DNA of 64,000 nt, taken from the NCBI GenBank assembly GCA_902628495.1, contig CACONH010000004.1, forward strand, positions 2,305-66,304. Direction: 5' to 3'. The notes beneath the pieces were generated by a model. The model had not been told where the DNA came from. It ran no database searches and worked only from the letters and a program-made list of their open reading frames with translations. Shown here piece by piece: positions 8,193-17,967 of the stretch; the first letter of the stretch is position 1; every line of letters starts with the position of its first letter. The translations under genes were made by a program, and so were the position numbers. The DNA comes from an uncultured Pelagibacteraceae bacterium. GTDB taxonomy: Bacteria > Pseudomonadota > Alphaproteobacteria > Pelagibacterales > Pelagibacteraceae.

Positions 8193-9281
8193 ATGATAAT
8201 TGGTTCTGTTAGTGAAAATAAAGATGCTGAGAAAAGAATTTCAGTCACGCCTGATAATGTTAAAAAATTTATCTCAAATGGTTTTAAAGTTTATCTTGAA
8301 AAAAACTATGGCGAACATCTTGATATAAATGATGAAAAATTTTCAGAAAACGGTGCAGAGCTATTTAGCGATAAAGAAAAAATTATAAAAGATTCTGATA
8401 TTCTATTACAATTAAATTTACCAAACGAAGACGATTTAAAAAGACTAACCCCAAATAAAAGTTTGATAGGAGTTTTTGACCCATCCAAAAATAAAAATAT
8501 TATATCAAAACTTTCCGGAAATAAAATCAATGTTTTTTCATTGGAATTACTTCCACGAATTACTCGTGCTCAGTCGATGGATATTTTGTCTTCACAAGCA
8601 AACCTTGCTGGTTATAAAGCGGTTATTGATGCATTCTCTTTTTTTAATAAAGCAATACCAATGATGATGACTGCAGCTGGAACTATTCCTGCAGCTAAGG
8701 TTCTTGTTGTAGGTGCAGGGGTTGCTGGATTACAAGCTATAGCAACAGCAAAAAGAATGGGCGCAATTGTTTTTGCAACAGATGTTAGGATGGCATCTAA
8801 AGAACAAGTTGAAAGTTTAGGCGGTAAATTTTTAGTTGTAGAAGGATCAGAGAATCTTGAAACATCTGGAGGATATGCAAAAGAAACTTCTGGAGAATTT
8901 AAAAAAAAACAAGAAGAGTTATTAACTGAGACATTAAAAAAAATTGATATAGTTGTTTGTACAGCTTTAATTCCTGGTAAAAAAGCTCCTGTGATAATAA
9001 AAGCGGAGATGGTTAAAGTAATGCCAAAAGGTTCAGTTATTTACGATTTAGCTGCTTCTCAAGGTGGTAATACAGAGTTTACAAAAGCAGATGAAATAGT
9101 CGATATAGATGGAGTTAAAATTTTGGGAGATAGTAATTTACTTAACAAACTTCCGATATCAGCGTCAAATTTATATTCTAAAAATTTATTTAATTTTGTA
9201 ATTAATTTGTATGATAAAAAAAATAATAAGATTAATATAAACTTAGAAGACGAAATTATTAAAAAAACTTTGGTAAAATAG
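8193..9281 (+). CDS. pntAA: NAD(P) transhydrogenase subunit alpha part 1
   Basis: Starts at MIIGSVSENKDAEKRISVTPD. The listed 8163 start is a TTG extension overlapping the upstream small ORF. VVGAGVAGLQAIATAKRMGA is the Rossmann motif. Confidence 0.93.
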   Translation: MIIGSVSENKDAEKRISVTPDNVKKFISNGFKVYLEKNYGEHLDINDEKFSENGAELFSDKEKIIKDSDILLQLNLPNEDDLKRLTPNKSLIGVFDPSKNKNIISKLSGNKINVFSLELLPRITRAQSMDILSSQANLAGYKAVIDAFSFFNKAIPMMMTAAGTIPAAKVLVVGAGVAGLQAIATAKRMGAIVFATDVRMASKEQVESLGGKFLVVEGSENLETSGGYAKETSGEFKKKQEELLTETLKKIDIVVCTALIPGKKAPVIIKAEMVKVMPKGSVIYDLAASQGGNTEFTKADEIVDIDGVKILGDSNLLNKLPISASNLYSKNLFNFVINLYDKKNNKININLEDEIIKKTLVK

Positions 9282-9282
9282 T

Positions 9283-9585
9283 ATGGAAATAGATCCTTTT
9301 GTTTTTAGACTGAGTATATTTATTTTGTCAATATTTGTTGGTTATTATGTTGTGTGGAGTGTAACCCCATCTTTACATACGCCATTAATGTCAGTGACGA
9401 ATGCGATTTCTTCAGTAATTATAGTTGGTGCAATAATTGCTGCACTAGCTGGAAATAATGAAAATATTTTTAATGAAGCAAGTGTATTTGGTTTTTTAGC
9501 TATTATATTGGCCGCAGTTAATATTTTTGGAGGATTTTTAGTAACTCAAAGAATGTTAGCAATGTACAAAAAGAAGAAAAAATGA
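9283..9585 (+). CDS. pntAB: NAD(P) transhydrogenase subunit alpha part 2 (membrane)
   Basis: 100 aa with 3-4 TM helices, lying between pntAA and pntB. Motif: HTPLMSVTNAISS.I.VGA. Confidence 0.9.
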   Translation: MEIDPFVFRLSIFILSIFVGYYVVWSVTPSLHTPLMSVTNAISSVIIVGAIIAALAGNNENIFNEASVFGFLAIILAAVNIFGGFLVTQRMLAMYKKKKK

Positions 9586-10979
9586 TTTCAATTAATTTAC
9601 TAGCGTTATTTTATTTAATTTCTGGTGTATTATTTATCTTAGCTTTAAGGGGACTTTCTTCTCCCGAAACTTCTAGACAAGGAAATTTTTTTGGTATTTT
9701 GGGAATGTCAATTGCTGTGATAGTAACGTTTTTATCTATTGGTAATTTTTCAACTAGTTTTATTTATGTAATAGTGTTTCTTTTAATTGGTGGAAGCATT
9801 GGTGCATTTATTGCTTTTAAAATACCAATGACCGCAATGCCAGAGTTGGTGGCTGGCTTTCATAGCTTAGTTGGTCTAGCAGCAGTTTTTGTAGCAATTT
9901 CAGCTTTTATAAATCCAGAGGCTTTTAATCTTGGTTTTACAGGAAATATCAAGCTTGCGAGTTTGATAGAAATGTCAATAGGCGCAGCTGTTGGTGCAAT
10001 AACTTTTTCAGGTTCAATAATTGCATTTCTTAAATTGAGAGGAATAATGTCAGGGGCACCAATAATATTTCCTGGGCAACATATATTGAATTTACTTATT
10101 TTAATATCTATCGTTGTTTTAACTTATTTTCTTTGTACAACCCAAAACTCAAATTTATTTTGGTCTTTAATCGCGATATCTTTTTTAGTTGGTATATTAT
10201 TAATAATACCCATAGGCGGAGCTGATATGCCTGTTGTAATTTCAATGTTGAACTCTTATTCAGGCTGGGCGGCTGCGGGAATTGGTTTCACCTTAGAAAA
10301 TACTGCTCTTATTATTACAGGTGCATTAGTGGGCTCATCAGGAGCGATATTGTCATATATAATGTGTAAAGGAATGAATAGGTCCTTCTTTAACGTCATC
10401 TTAGGAGGATTCGGGGGGACTGATCAAATATCAAAATCAAGTAATAAAGAACAAAAACCTGTCAAAAGTGGAAATTCAGATGATGCTGCTTTTTTAATGA
10501 AGAATGCTTCTTCAGTCATCATTGTACCAGGTTATGGAATGGCTGTTGCGCAAGCCCAACATGCGCTGAGAGAAATGGTCGACACATTAAAGAAGAACGG
10601 TATAAAAGTTTCATACGCAATACATCCTGTAGCAGGAAGAATGCCTGGTCACATGAATGTGTTATTAGCAGAAGCAAATGTTCCCTACGACGAGGTTTTT
10701 GAACTAGAGGAAATTAACAATGATTTTGCTAATTGCGATGTAGCATATGTTATTGGTGCTAATGATGTTACAAATCCAGTTGCAAAAACAGATCCACAAA
10801 GCCCCATTTATGGTATGCCAATCTTAGATGTAGAAAAGGCAAAATCAGTTTTATTTGTAAAAAGAAGTCTTTCACCAGGCTATGCTGGAGTAGATAATGA
10901 CTTATTTTATAGAGAAAATACTTTAATGTTATTTGCTGATGCAAAAAAAATGACTGAAGACATTATCAAAAGCTTTTAA
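9582..10979 (+). CDS. pntB: NAD(P) transhydrogenase subunit beta
   Basis: Membrane N-terminal half followed by a dIII domain (VPGYGMAVAQAQH, HPVAGRMPGHMNVLLAEA, IGANDVTNP). Confidence 0.95.
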   Translation: MISINLLALFYLISGVLFILALRGLSSPETSRQGNFFGILGMSIAVIVTFLSIGNFSTSFIYVIVFLLIGGSIGAFIAFKIPMTAMPELVAGFHSLVGLAAVFVAISAFINPEAFNLGFTGNIKLASLIEMSIGAAVGAITFSGSIIAFLKLRGIMSGAPIIFPGQHILNLLILISIVVLTYFLCTTQNSNLFWSLIAISFLVGILLIIPIGGADMPVVISMLNSYSGWAAAGIGFTLENTALIITGALVGSSGAILSYIMCKGMNRSFFNVILGGFGGTDQISKSSNKEQKPVKSGNSDDAAFLMKNASSVIIVPGYGMAVAQAQHALREMVDTLKKNGIKVSYAIHPVAGRMPGHMNVLLAEANVPYDEVFELEEINNDFANCDVAYVIGANDVTNPVAKTDPQSPIYGMPILDVEKAKSVLFVKRSLSPGYAGVDNDLFYRENTLMLFADAKKMTEDIIKSF

Positions 10980-10981
10980 AA

Positions 10982-11677
10982 GTGACTCAAATTTATTGTG
11001 ATATTGCTGATTTAAAAACTATAAAAAAGTATTGTAAAAAGAAAATAGTTAAGGGATTTACTACTAATCCAAGTTTAATGAGAAAAGCAGGTGCAAAAGA
11101 TTACGAGTCATACTCTAAAGAAATCCTTAAAATATGTAAAGACAAGCCAATTTCTTTAGAAGTATTTGCAGATGACCATAATAATATTTTAAAACAAGCA
11201 CTAAAAATTAAGTCCTGGGGGAAAAATGTTTATGTAAAAATACCAGTAGAAAACTCAGAAGGAGTTTTCATGGGTAACGCTATCCACGAATTAAGTAAAA
11301 ATAATATTAAAATGAATATCACAGCAGTCTATACTTTTAAGCAAACTTTAAAAATATTAAGTAATTTAAAAAGAAATTCTAATGTTATTATATCAATATT
11401 TGCTGGAAGAGCTGGGGATGCAGGAAAGGATCCAATACCAGAAATAAAAAAAAGTATTCAAGCAGCAAAAAAATTTAAAAAAGTAAAAATACTTTGGGCA
11501 AGTGTTAGAGAACCTTATAACTATTTACAAGCCTCACAGCTTGGGTGTCATATAATAACAATTCCACCTAATATTATCTCAAAAATTGAGAAATTTGGTA
11601 AATCATTTAAAAGTCTAACTAGAGATACTGTTAAAGCTTTTTTGGTTGATAGTAGAAAATCTAAATTTAAAATTTGA
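10982..11677 (+). CDS. tal: Short-type transaldolase / fructose-6-phosphate aldolase family protein
   Basis: GTG start. GFTTNPSL and VKIP motifs, ~230 aa length class. Confidence 0.82.
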   Translation: MTQIYCDIADLKTIKKYCKKKIVKGFTTNPSLMRKAGAKDYESYSKEILKICKDKPISLEVFADDHNNILKQALKIKSWGKNVYVKIPVENSEGVFMGNAIHELSKNNIKMNITAVYTFKQTLKILSNLKRNSNVIISIFAGRAGDAGKDPIPEIKKSIQAAKKFKKVKILWASVREPYNYLQASQLGCHIITIPPNIISKIEKFGKSFKSLTRDTVKAFLVDSRKSKFKI

Positions 11678-11681
11678 AGAT

Positions 11682-11758
<77 letters not shown>

Positions 11759-11761
11759 ATA

Positions 11762-11968
11762 TTAAATTCTGTTTTTTAATTTATTCAGTTTTTTTACTCT
11801 TTTTATATTCTCTTGAAGAATTCTTTTCTTTTTTTCAGAGGGTTTTTCGTAATTAGATTTAAGTTTCACAATTTTAAAGAAACCATCTCTTTGAAGTTTT
11901 CTCTTTAAAACTCTCAAAGCTTGCTCAACATTATTATCTTTTACGTCTATTTTAATAACATCCTCCAA
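11762..11968 (-). CDS. rpsU: 30S ribosomal protein S21
   Basis: VKDNNVEQALRVLKRKLQRDGFFKIVKLKSNYEKPSEKKKR. The listed start is TTG, embedded in a GGAGG. An in-frame ATT 12 nt further in is an alternative start. Confidence 0.9.
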   Translation of the reverse strand: MEDVIKIDVKDNNVEQALRVLKRKLQRDGFFKIVKLKSNYEKPSEKKKRILQENIKRVKKLNKLKNRI

Positions 11969-12023
11969 AAATGCGTAGGTATTAACATCTAAAAAAAAAT
12001 ATGTCTATAAATTTTTATCTGGT

Positions 12024-12596
12024 TTAAAGATTTTGTTTTTGGGCTTTTTCTTTAAGTTTTCTCTCTCTCTTTATACGTCTTTCAGCCTTCTCTAAAGCTT
12101 CAGTTAATTCTTTTTGAGAAAATAAATTTATAGCTACAGGATCTTTTGGGTTTAAACTATTAAAATTCCAATAACTTTTGTTTCTAATTGCAACTACAGA
12201 GTTTTTGGTAATACCTACAAGTTTAGCAATTTGAGAGTCTTTTAATTGTGAGTGATTTTTAATTAGCCAAAGAACAGAATCTGGCTTATCTTGTCTTTTT
12301 GATAAAGGCACATACTTCTTTAATTTTTTATCTTCTTCTTTTACATCAATGTCGTAGTTTGTAATATTTAGAGGTCTATCTTGATCTTTGCTAGATAAAT
12401 CAATTTCTTCTTTTGTTAATTGTCCAGAGGTTATTGGATTGTAGGGTTTTATTCCTTTTGCTACTTCTCCATCAGCAATACCCTGAACTTCTATTTCATG
12501 CAAGTTACAAAATTTTGCGATCTGCTTAAATGTTAATGTTGTATTTTCAACAAGCCATACTGCTGTTGCCATTGGCATTAATGGTGTAATTGTCAT
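12024..12596 (-). CDS. DUF1013 family protein (TrcR-like cell-cycle regulator of alphaproteobacteria)
   Basis: MPMATAVWLVENTTLTFKQIAKFCNLHEIEVQGIADGEVA is the DUF1013 signature block. Confidence 0.75.
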   Translation of the reverse strand: MTITPLMPMATAVWLVENTTLTFKQIAKFCNLHEIEVQGIADGEVAKGIKPYNPITSGQLTKEEIDLSSKDQDRPLNITNYDIDVKEEDKKLKKYVPLSKRQDKPDSVLWLIKNHSQLKDSQIAKLVGITKNSVVAIRNKSYWNFNSLNPKDPVAINLFSQKELTEALEKAERRIKRERKLKEKAQKQNL

Positions 12597-12604
12597 AATT
12601 AGAA

Positions 12605-12835
12605 TTATTTTTTTGTTTCTGATTTAAAGTTTTGAAATTTTTTATTAAACTTACTCACTCTACCTTTATCTAAGATTTTCTGTTTTCCACCTGTCCATGC
12701 TGAATGTGATTTTGGGTCAATTTCAAGTTTTAACACATCTCCTTCATTACCCCATGTTGATTTTGTTTCAAATTGAGTGCCATCTGTCATCTCGACTTTT
12801 ATTTTATGATAGTTAGGGTGAATATTTTTTTTCAT
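12605..12835 (-). CDS. rpmE: 50S ribosomal protein L31
   Basis: [16 protein letters not shown]...T.ST. Start moved to the ATG at 12835. The listed 12856 start adds MFCYKFA. Confidence 0.92.
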   Translation of the reverse strand: MKKNIHPNYHKIKVEMTDGTQFETKSTWGNEGDVLKLEIDPKSHSAWTGGKQKILDKGRVSKFNKKFQNFKSETKK

Positions 12836-12869
12836 AGCGAACTTATAGCAAAACAAATTTATAAAACAA

Positions 12870-13610
12870 TTAAAAGATATTAATATTTTTGTTCAAATCG
12901 GCACTTATTCTCTCGTTTGATGCTTTAATGCTTATTTTATTAAATTTTTTTAATTCAAAATTGTCAACTATTCCTCCTGCCTCCTTTATAAGCAAAGAAC
13001 CTGCCGCTATGTCCCAAAGATTAACATTTTTTTGTAAACATCCATCAAATCTTCCTGAAGATACATACGCTAAATCTAGCGCTGCACTTCCAGTATTTCT
13101 TATTAAAAAGTTTTCAGGAAGGTTATTTCTAAAATTAACTCCATATAAACAATCATGAATCTTATTTTTTTGTGAAACTCTTATACTCTTATTATTTAAA
13201 TATGAACCATTATTTTTTTCAGCAAAAAATATTTCATCCTTTATTGGGTCATATGTGACACCTGCGATAATCTCTTCATCAACTAATAAAGCAATAGATA
13301 TACAAAAATGTGGAACACCATTTAGAAAATTAGTAGTCCCATCAATTGGATCAACAATCCAAAAATTTTCTTTATCTTTTTTTTCTATAAAACCACTTTC
13401 TTCTGTCAAAATTGAAAAGTTTTTTTTAGATTTTTCAAGTTCAGAAATAATAATTTCTTCAGCTTTTTTGTCTGCATTTGTAACAAAATTATTTGGGCCC
13501 TTCAAAGAAACCTGTAATTTTTCTAGTTCACCAAAATCTCTTATCAGTATTTTTGAGGCCTTTTCAGATGCTTTGATCATTAAATTTAAGTTAGGAGAAA
13601 TAGAATTCAT
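12870..13610 (-). CDS. suhB: Inositol monophosphatase family protein
   Basis: EESG..., [25 protein letters not shown], and WDIAAG near the C-terminus. Confidence 0.85.
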   Translation of the reverse strand: MNSISPNLNLMIKASEKASKILIRDFGELEKLQVSLKGPNNFVTNADKKAEEIIISELEKSKKNFSILTEESGFIEKKDKENFWIVDPIDGTTNFLNGVPHFCISIALLVDEEIIAGVTYDPIKDEIFFAEKNNGSYLNNKSIRVSQKNKIHDCLYGVNFRNNLPENFLIRNTGSAALDLAYVSSGRFDGCLQKNVNLWDIAAGSLLIKEAGGIVDNFELKKFNKISIKASNERISADLNKNINIF

Positions 13611-13611
13611 A

Positions 13612-14172
13612 TTATACCTTTTTTAAATATTCTATAGTTCTAGTATCAATAAGTATTTTATCCCCAGACTCTATAAATGGTGGTACTTGAATATTAAAAC
13701 CGTTTTCTAAAGTGGCAGGTTTGTATGAAGAGGAAACTGTTTGACCTTTCAATGCTACGTCAGTATTTTTGATTTTGCATGTTATTTGATTAGGTAATTC
13801 AACAGAAATTGCTGTATCGTTGTAAAAACTTATTGTAACTTCCAAATTTTCAATAAGTAATTTACCTTTTTCTCCGACTATGTCTTTTTTAATTTCAATT
13901 TGCTCAAAGGATTTGGGGTCAATAAAAAAATAATTTTTTTCATCTTCATATAAATAATTATATTTTATTTCATCTAGCGATGCTTTTTCAACAGTTTCAC
14001 TTGATCTAAATCTTTCATTTAATTTTGTATTTTTATTAATACTTTTCATCTCTACTTGTGCAAATGCTCCACCTTTACCAGGTTTTACATGTTGTGTTTT
14101 TAACACTTGCCATAAATCATTTTTATATTCCAAAAGCATACCAACTCTAATTTCTCCAGCATTAATTTTCAT
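13612..14172 (-). CDS. efp: Elongation factor P
   Basis: VKPGKGGAFAQVEMK (the modified-loop region), 186 aa. Confidence 0.95.
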   Translation of the reverse strand: MKINAGEIRVGMLLEYKNDLWQVLKTQHVKPGKGGAFAQVEMKSINKNTKLNERFRSSETVEKASLDEIKYNYLYEDEKNYFFIDPKSFEQIEIKKDIVGEKGKLLIENLEVTISFYNDTAISVELPNQITCKIKNTDVALKGQTVSSSYKPATLENGFNIQVPPFIESGDKILIDTRTIEYLKKV

Positions 14173-14783
14173 TTAAATTTTTTTATAGCCTCTATAGGTT
14201 TATTTTTTTTATTTTTCCAAATAAAGCCTGAAATAGCTAAAAAGTTTGCTTTATTCAATAAAAGTTTTTCGTAATTACTAGGATCAATACCTCCAACGGC
14301 AACTATCGGTTTATTTGTGATCTTTCTAGCCTTTTTTAATGTGTTAACTGATGCTTTGTATTTTACTTTTTTTGTTTTTGATAAATTAAAAGCTCCAAAA
14401 GCTAAGTAATCAGCTTTATTTCTTATAGCAACTCTAGCTAACTTAATTGAATTGTGGCAAGTCACTCCTATTATTTTATTTCCAATAAGCTTTCTTGCAT
14501 TTAAGATATTCATATCTTTTTGACCTAAGTGACAGCCATCTGCATTTAATTTTTTGGTTAAAAAAATATCATCATTTATAAGAAAATTTACATTAAAATT
14601 CTTACAGATTTTTTTTATTTTTTTTCCGATAATCAATTTTTTTTTGAAACTTTCCTTCTTAAGCCTTAGCTGAAAAAAACTAACTTTATTTGTTTTGAAT
14701 ATTTTAATTAAGTCACTGTAAAACGTTTTTTTGATCCTTAATGGGGATATTAAATAAATAAATTTTTTTTTATTAATTCTCAA
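14169..14783 (-). CDS. thiE: Thiamine-phosphate synthase
   Basis: FQLRLK, DGCHLGQ.D, IGVTCH, ADYLAFGAF and AVGGI blocks. Confidence 0.8.
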   Translation of the reverse strand: MRINKKKFIYLISPLRIKKTFYSDLIKIFKTNKVSFFQLRLKKESFKKKLIIGKKIKKICKNFNVNFLINDDIFLTKKLNADGCHLGQKDMNILNARKLIGNKIIGVTCHNSIKLARVAIRNKADYLAFGAFNLSKTKKVKYKASVNTLKKARKITNKPIVAVGGIDPSNYEKLLLNKANFLAISGFIWKNKKNKPIEAIKKFK

Positions 14784-15780
14784 GATCTTTAGACCATTTT
14801 CCTTGAGCTGCCAATGTATTCATTTTAGCCCGGTGGTTAAAAATCTTTTGTGTTCCCTCAATATTTTTTATGTCTTTAGACCAAAATTTTAAGGCACTTT
14901 GTTGTAAAGCTCGACCATATGAAAAACTCATAATAAAACTAGTATCATTAATTTTATTAATTAAATTTAGGTTATCTGTTGCCTCTAATTCAGATTGACC
15001 TCCAGACAAAAAAGCTATGCCTGGAACCTCTGCAGGAACAGAATTTTTTAAACATTCCAAAGTTAATTTAGCAACTTCCTCGTTCGAAATTTTATCTTTA
15101 CATTTATTACCAGCTAAAATCATATTAGGTTTAAGTATAATTCCCTTCAAATCAACTTTGTGTAAAATTAATTCTTCAAAACATTTTTTAATTACCTCTG
15201 AGGTTTTTGAAAAACAATCTTTTGCGGAATGATCGCCATCCATTAATACCTCTGGTTCGACAATCGGAACCATATTGCATTCTTGAACTAAAGCTGAGTA
15301 TCTAGCTAGCGCATGAGCATTAGAATGAATAGAAAGTTTGCTAGGATAACTTTTAGATATATTGTAAACACCTCTCCATTTTGTAAATTTTGCTCCAAGT
15401 TTATAATATTCTTTTAATCTTTCTCTTAATCCATCTAAGCCTTCAGTAACCTTTTCTTCTGGTGACCCTGCTAAAATCTTAGCTCCCGTATCGACTTTTA
15501 TTCCAGGAGCAGATCCCATATTTGATATTAATTCTGGGATTAAATTTTTTTTTGAAGTCTGTTGTTTTATTGTTTCATCATATAGTATTACGCCACCTAT
15601 ACATTCAGTCATACATGACGAGCTAAATAGTATTTCTCTAAATAATAATCTATTTTCTGGAGTTGATTGCACATTTACACTATCTAATCTTTTAGTCATA
15701 GTGCCAGTGCTTTCATCTGCAGCAAGAATACCTTTGCCTTTTTTTAAAATTTTAAGAGCGATATCATTTAGTTCTGACAT
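14773..15780 (-). CDS. fba: Class I fructose-bisphosphate aldolase
   Basis: GILAADES.GT..KRL, GIKVD.G, ILKPNM and FLSGGQS (Schiff-base Lys context). Confidence 0.9.
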   Translation of the reverse strand: MSELNDIALKILKKGKGILAADESTGTMTKRLDSVNVQSTPENRLLFREILFSSSCMTECIGGVILYDETIKQQTSKKNLIPELISNMGSAPGIKVDTGAKILAGSPEEKVTEGLDGLRERLKEYYKLGAKFTKWRGVYNISKSYPSKLSIHSNAHALARYSALVQECNMVPIVEPEVLMDGDHSAKDCFSKTSEVIKKCFEELILHKVDLKGIILKPNMILAGNKCKDKISNEEVAKLTLECLKNSVPAEVPGIAFLSGGQSELEATDNLNLINKINDTSFIMSFSYGRALQQSALKFWSKDIKNIEGTQKIFNHRAKMNTLAAQGKWSKDLEN

Positions 15781-15781
15781 T

Positions 15782-16960
15782 TTAACTTAAGGCTTTTATA
15801 CCAGGAAGATCTTTTCCTTCAAGATATTCTAAAAAGGCACCACCAGCGGTTGAAACAAAATTAAAATTTTTAATTACATTGATTTTATTAATCAAAGATA
15901 TTGTATCACCTCCACCTACGACAGAATAAATTGATTTGTTTTTATTTTTTTTTACTATTGCTTTTGCAATTTCATAACTACCATTTGCGAAGTTAGGATT
16001 CTCAAAATATCCAGCGGGCCCATTCCAAAGAACTGTTTCACTTTTTTCAATAACCTTTTTGATCGTATTTATTGTTTTCGGGCCTATGTCTAAAATTAAA
16101 TCATCTTCATTTATTTCATTTAGCTCTTTAACCTCAGAATTACTTCTTAAATTTTTTCCTACTAGCACATCTATCGGAAAAGTTATTGAGCAGGAATGTT
16201 GTTTTGATTTTTCAAATATTTCCTCAATTATTGACTCACAATTCTCTTCTTTAATTGATTTACCTATTTCATTTCCTTTGTGATGAAGAATATTATTTGC
16301 CATTCCTCCAACGATAATAATATTGTTAAATTTGGGTATTAAATTTTTAATTATTCCTATTTTTGTGGAAATTTTAGATCCTCCAATAATACAAGTGACT
16401 GGCTTTTTAATTTCAGATGTAACTTTTTTCAGAGCATTCAATTCCGCCTCTAATTGAAGTCCTGCAAAAGAGGGTAAAAATTCTGTGATTTTACTTACAG
16501 AAGTATGCGTTCTATGAGAACACGAAAATGCATCGTTAACAAACAAATCTGCTAAACTTGCTAATTGTTTAGCAAATGAACTGTCATTTTTCTCCTCTTC
16601 TTTATAAAATCTAATATTTTCTAAGAAAATAATTTCATCTTCTTTATCTTTAAATAAATCTTCTTTTTTTAATTTAAAAATATCATTATTGATAAGTTTA
16701 ATTTTTTTATTAATCTTTTTCTCCAAATTTTTACAAATTGGCCTCATAGATAAATTGTTATTTTTTTTTCCATTAGGACGCCCCACGTGCGAGATAACTA
16801 TTATACGTGAATTTTTACTAAGTAAAAAATTTATTATTGGTAAAATTTTATCTATTCTTGTTTGATCTGTTACTATGCCATTATTTAACGGAACATTTAA
16901 ATCAAGTCTCAACAAAACATATTTGTCATCTAGATTTCTGTGATCTTTAATACTCTTCAT
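15782..16960 (-). CDS. pgk: Phosphoglycerate kinase
   Basis: RLDLNVP, ISHVGRP, NDAFSCSHR, GGSKISTKI and STAGGAFLE. Confidence 0.95.
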   Translation of the reverse strand: MKSIKDHRNLDDKYVLLRLDLNVPLNNGIVTDQTRIDKILPIINFLLSKNSRIIVISHVGRPNGKKNNNLSMRPICKNLEKKINKKIKLINNDIFKLKKEDLFKDKEDEIIFLENIRFYKEEEKNDSSFAKQLASLADLFVNDAFSCSHRTHTSVSKITEFLPSFAGLQLEAELNALKKVTSEIKKPVTCIIGGSKISTKIGIIKNLIPKFNNIIIVGGMANNILHHKGNEIGKSIKEENCESIIEEIFEKSKQHSCSITFPIDVLVGKNLRSNSEVKELNEINEDDLILDIGPKTINTIKKVIEKSETVLWNGPAGYFENPNFANGSYEIAKAIVKKNKNKSIYSVVGGGDTISLINKINVIKNFNFVSTAGGAFLEYLEGKDLPGIKALS

Positions 16961-17967
16961 TAAGAAATCTTGCGAAGATACTCTGCTATATCACACATTC
17001 TGTTAGAAAAACCCCACTCATTATCGTACCATGCTGAAATTTTACCCATGTTTTTACCTATTACACTTGTCAAGCTTGCGTCAACAATTGATGATGCAGG
17101 ATCGTGATTAAAATCTACAGATACAAGTTTTTCTTGTGTTATCTTTAGAACTTTGTTTTTGTTATTTTTACTAAACTTTTCGAAGGCTAAATTTATTTTT
17201 TTAATGCTTAAATCCTTTTTTGTGAAAAAGACTAGTTCAACCAATGAAACATTAGGTGTGGGCACTCTCATTGCAATACCTTCCAATTTTCCTTTAAGAG
17301 AGGGTATAATTTCACCAATTGCTCTTGAAGCTCCTGTCGAGGTTGGAACAATTGACTGACCTGCAGATCTAGCTCTTCTAGGATCTTTATGAGAATTATC
17401 CAGCATTCTTTGGTCTGATGTGTAAGAATGAATGGTTGTCATAAAACCTTTTTCAATCACAAAATTGTTATTTAAAACATTAACAACTGGAGCTAAGCAG
17501 TTAGTGGTACATGAAGCAGCAGAAATAATTTTATCTTTATTAGAAATATTATTATGGTTTACTCCATAAACTATAGTTTTATCAGCGCTTTTACATGGCG
17601 CAGAAACAATTACTTTTTTAGCACCATTCTTAATGTGCGAAACTAACTTCTCTTTTGAATTAAATTTGCCTGTACATTCAAGTACTATATCAACATTATT
17701 TTTTTTCCAAGAAATATCTCTTAAATCATTTTCTTGTGAATAAGTAATTTTATTTCCATTGATTATTAAACTATTATTTTTAATATCTACTTTTCCGTTA
17801 AACTTACCATGTATACTGTCTCTTCTTATAAGATTGCAAGCAGTGTTAATGTCTGCTCTATTATTAATATGATTAATTTTTAGATTTTTATGTTTTTCTT
17901 CGAAAATAGATCGCAGAACCATTCTGCCAATTCTACCTAATCCATTGATACCTACTTTTGCTTTCAC
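16960..17967 (-). CDS. gap: Glyceraldehyde-3-phosphate dehydrogenase
   Basis: [22 protein letters not shown] and WYDNEWGF. Confidence 0.95.
   Translation of the reverse strand: MKAKVGINGLGRIGRMVLRSIFEEKHKNLKINHINNRADINTACNLIRRDSIHGKFNGKVDIKNNSLIINGNKITYSQENDLRDISWKKNNVDIVLECTGKFNSKEKLVSHIKNGAKKVIVSAPCKSADKTIVYGVNHNNISNKDKIISAASCTTNCLAPVVNVLNNNFVIEKGFMTTIHSYTSDQRMLDNSHKDPRRARSAGQSIVPTSTGASRAIGEIIPSLKGKLEGIAMRVPTPNVSLVELVFFTKKDLSIKKINLAFEKFSKNNKNKVLKITQEKLVSVDFNHDPASSIVDASLTSVIGKNMGKISAWYDNEWGFSNRMCDIAEYLRKIS

Noticed and set aside
12889-13626. Plus-strand ORFs of 89 and 123 aa. There are many similar 60-106-aa ORFs elsewhere (e.g. 8306..8530, 15017..15232, 16059..16283, 17153..17359, 18919..19134, 22332..22559, 31222..31476, 31864..32124, 33104..33340, 37795..38276, 38545..38850, 39067..39363, 41709..41945, 49394..49717, 50800..51206, 53756..54055, 56036..56302).
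   Set aside because: Each is fully nested antisense or out of frame inside a confidently assigned gene. Their translations are F/S/L/I-rich mirror images of K/E-rich sense proteins, and none has an independent start context.
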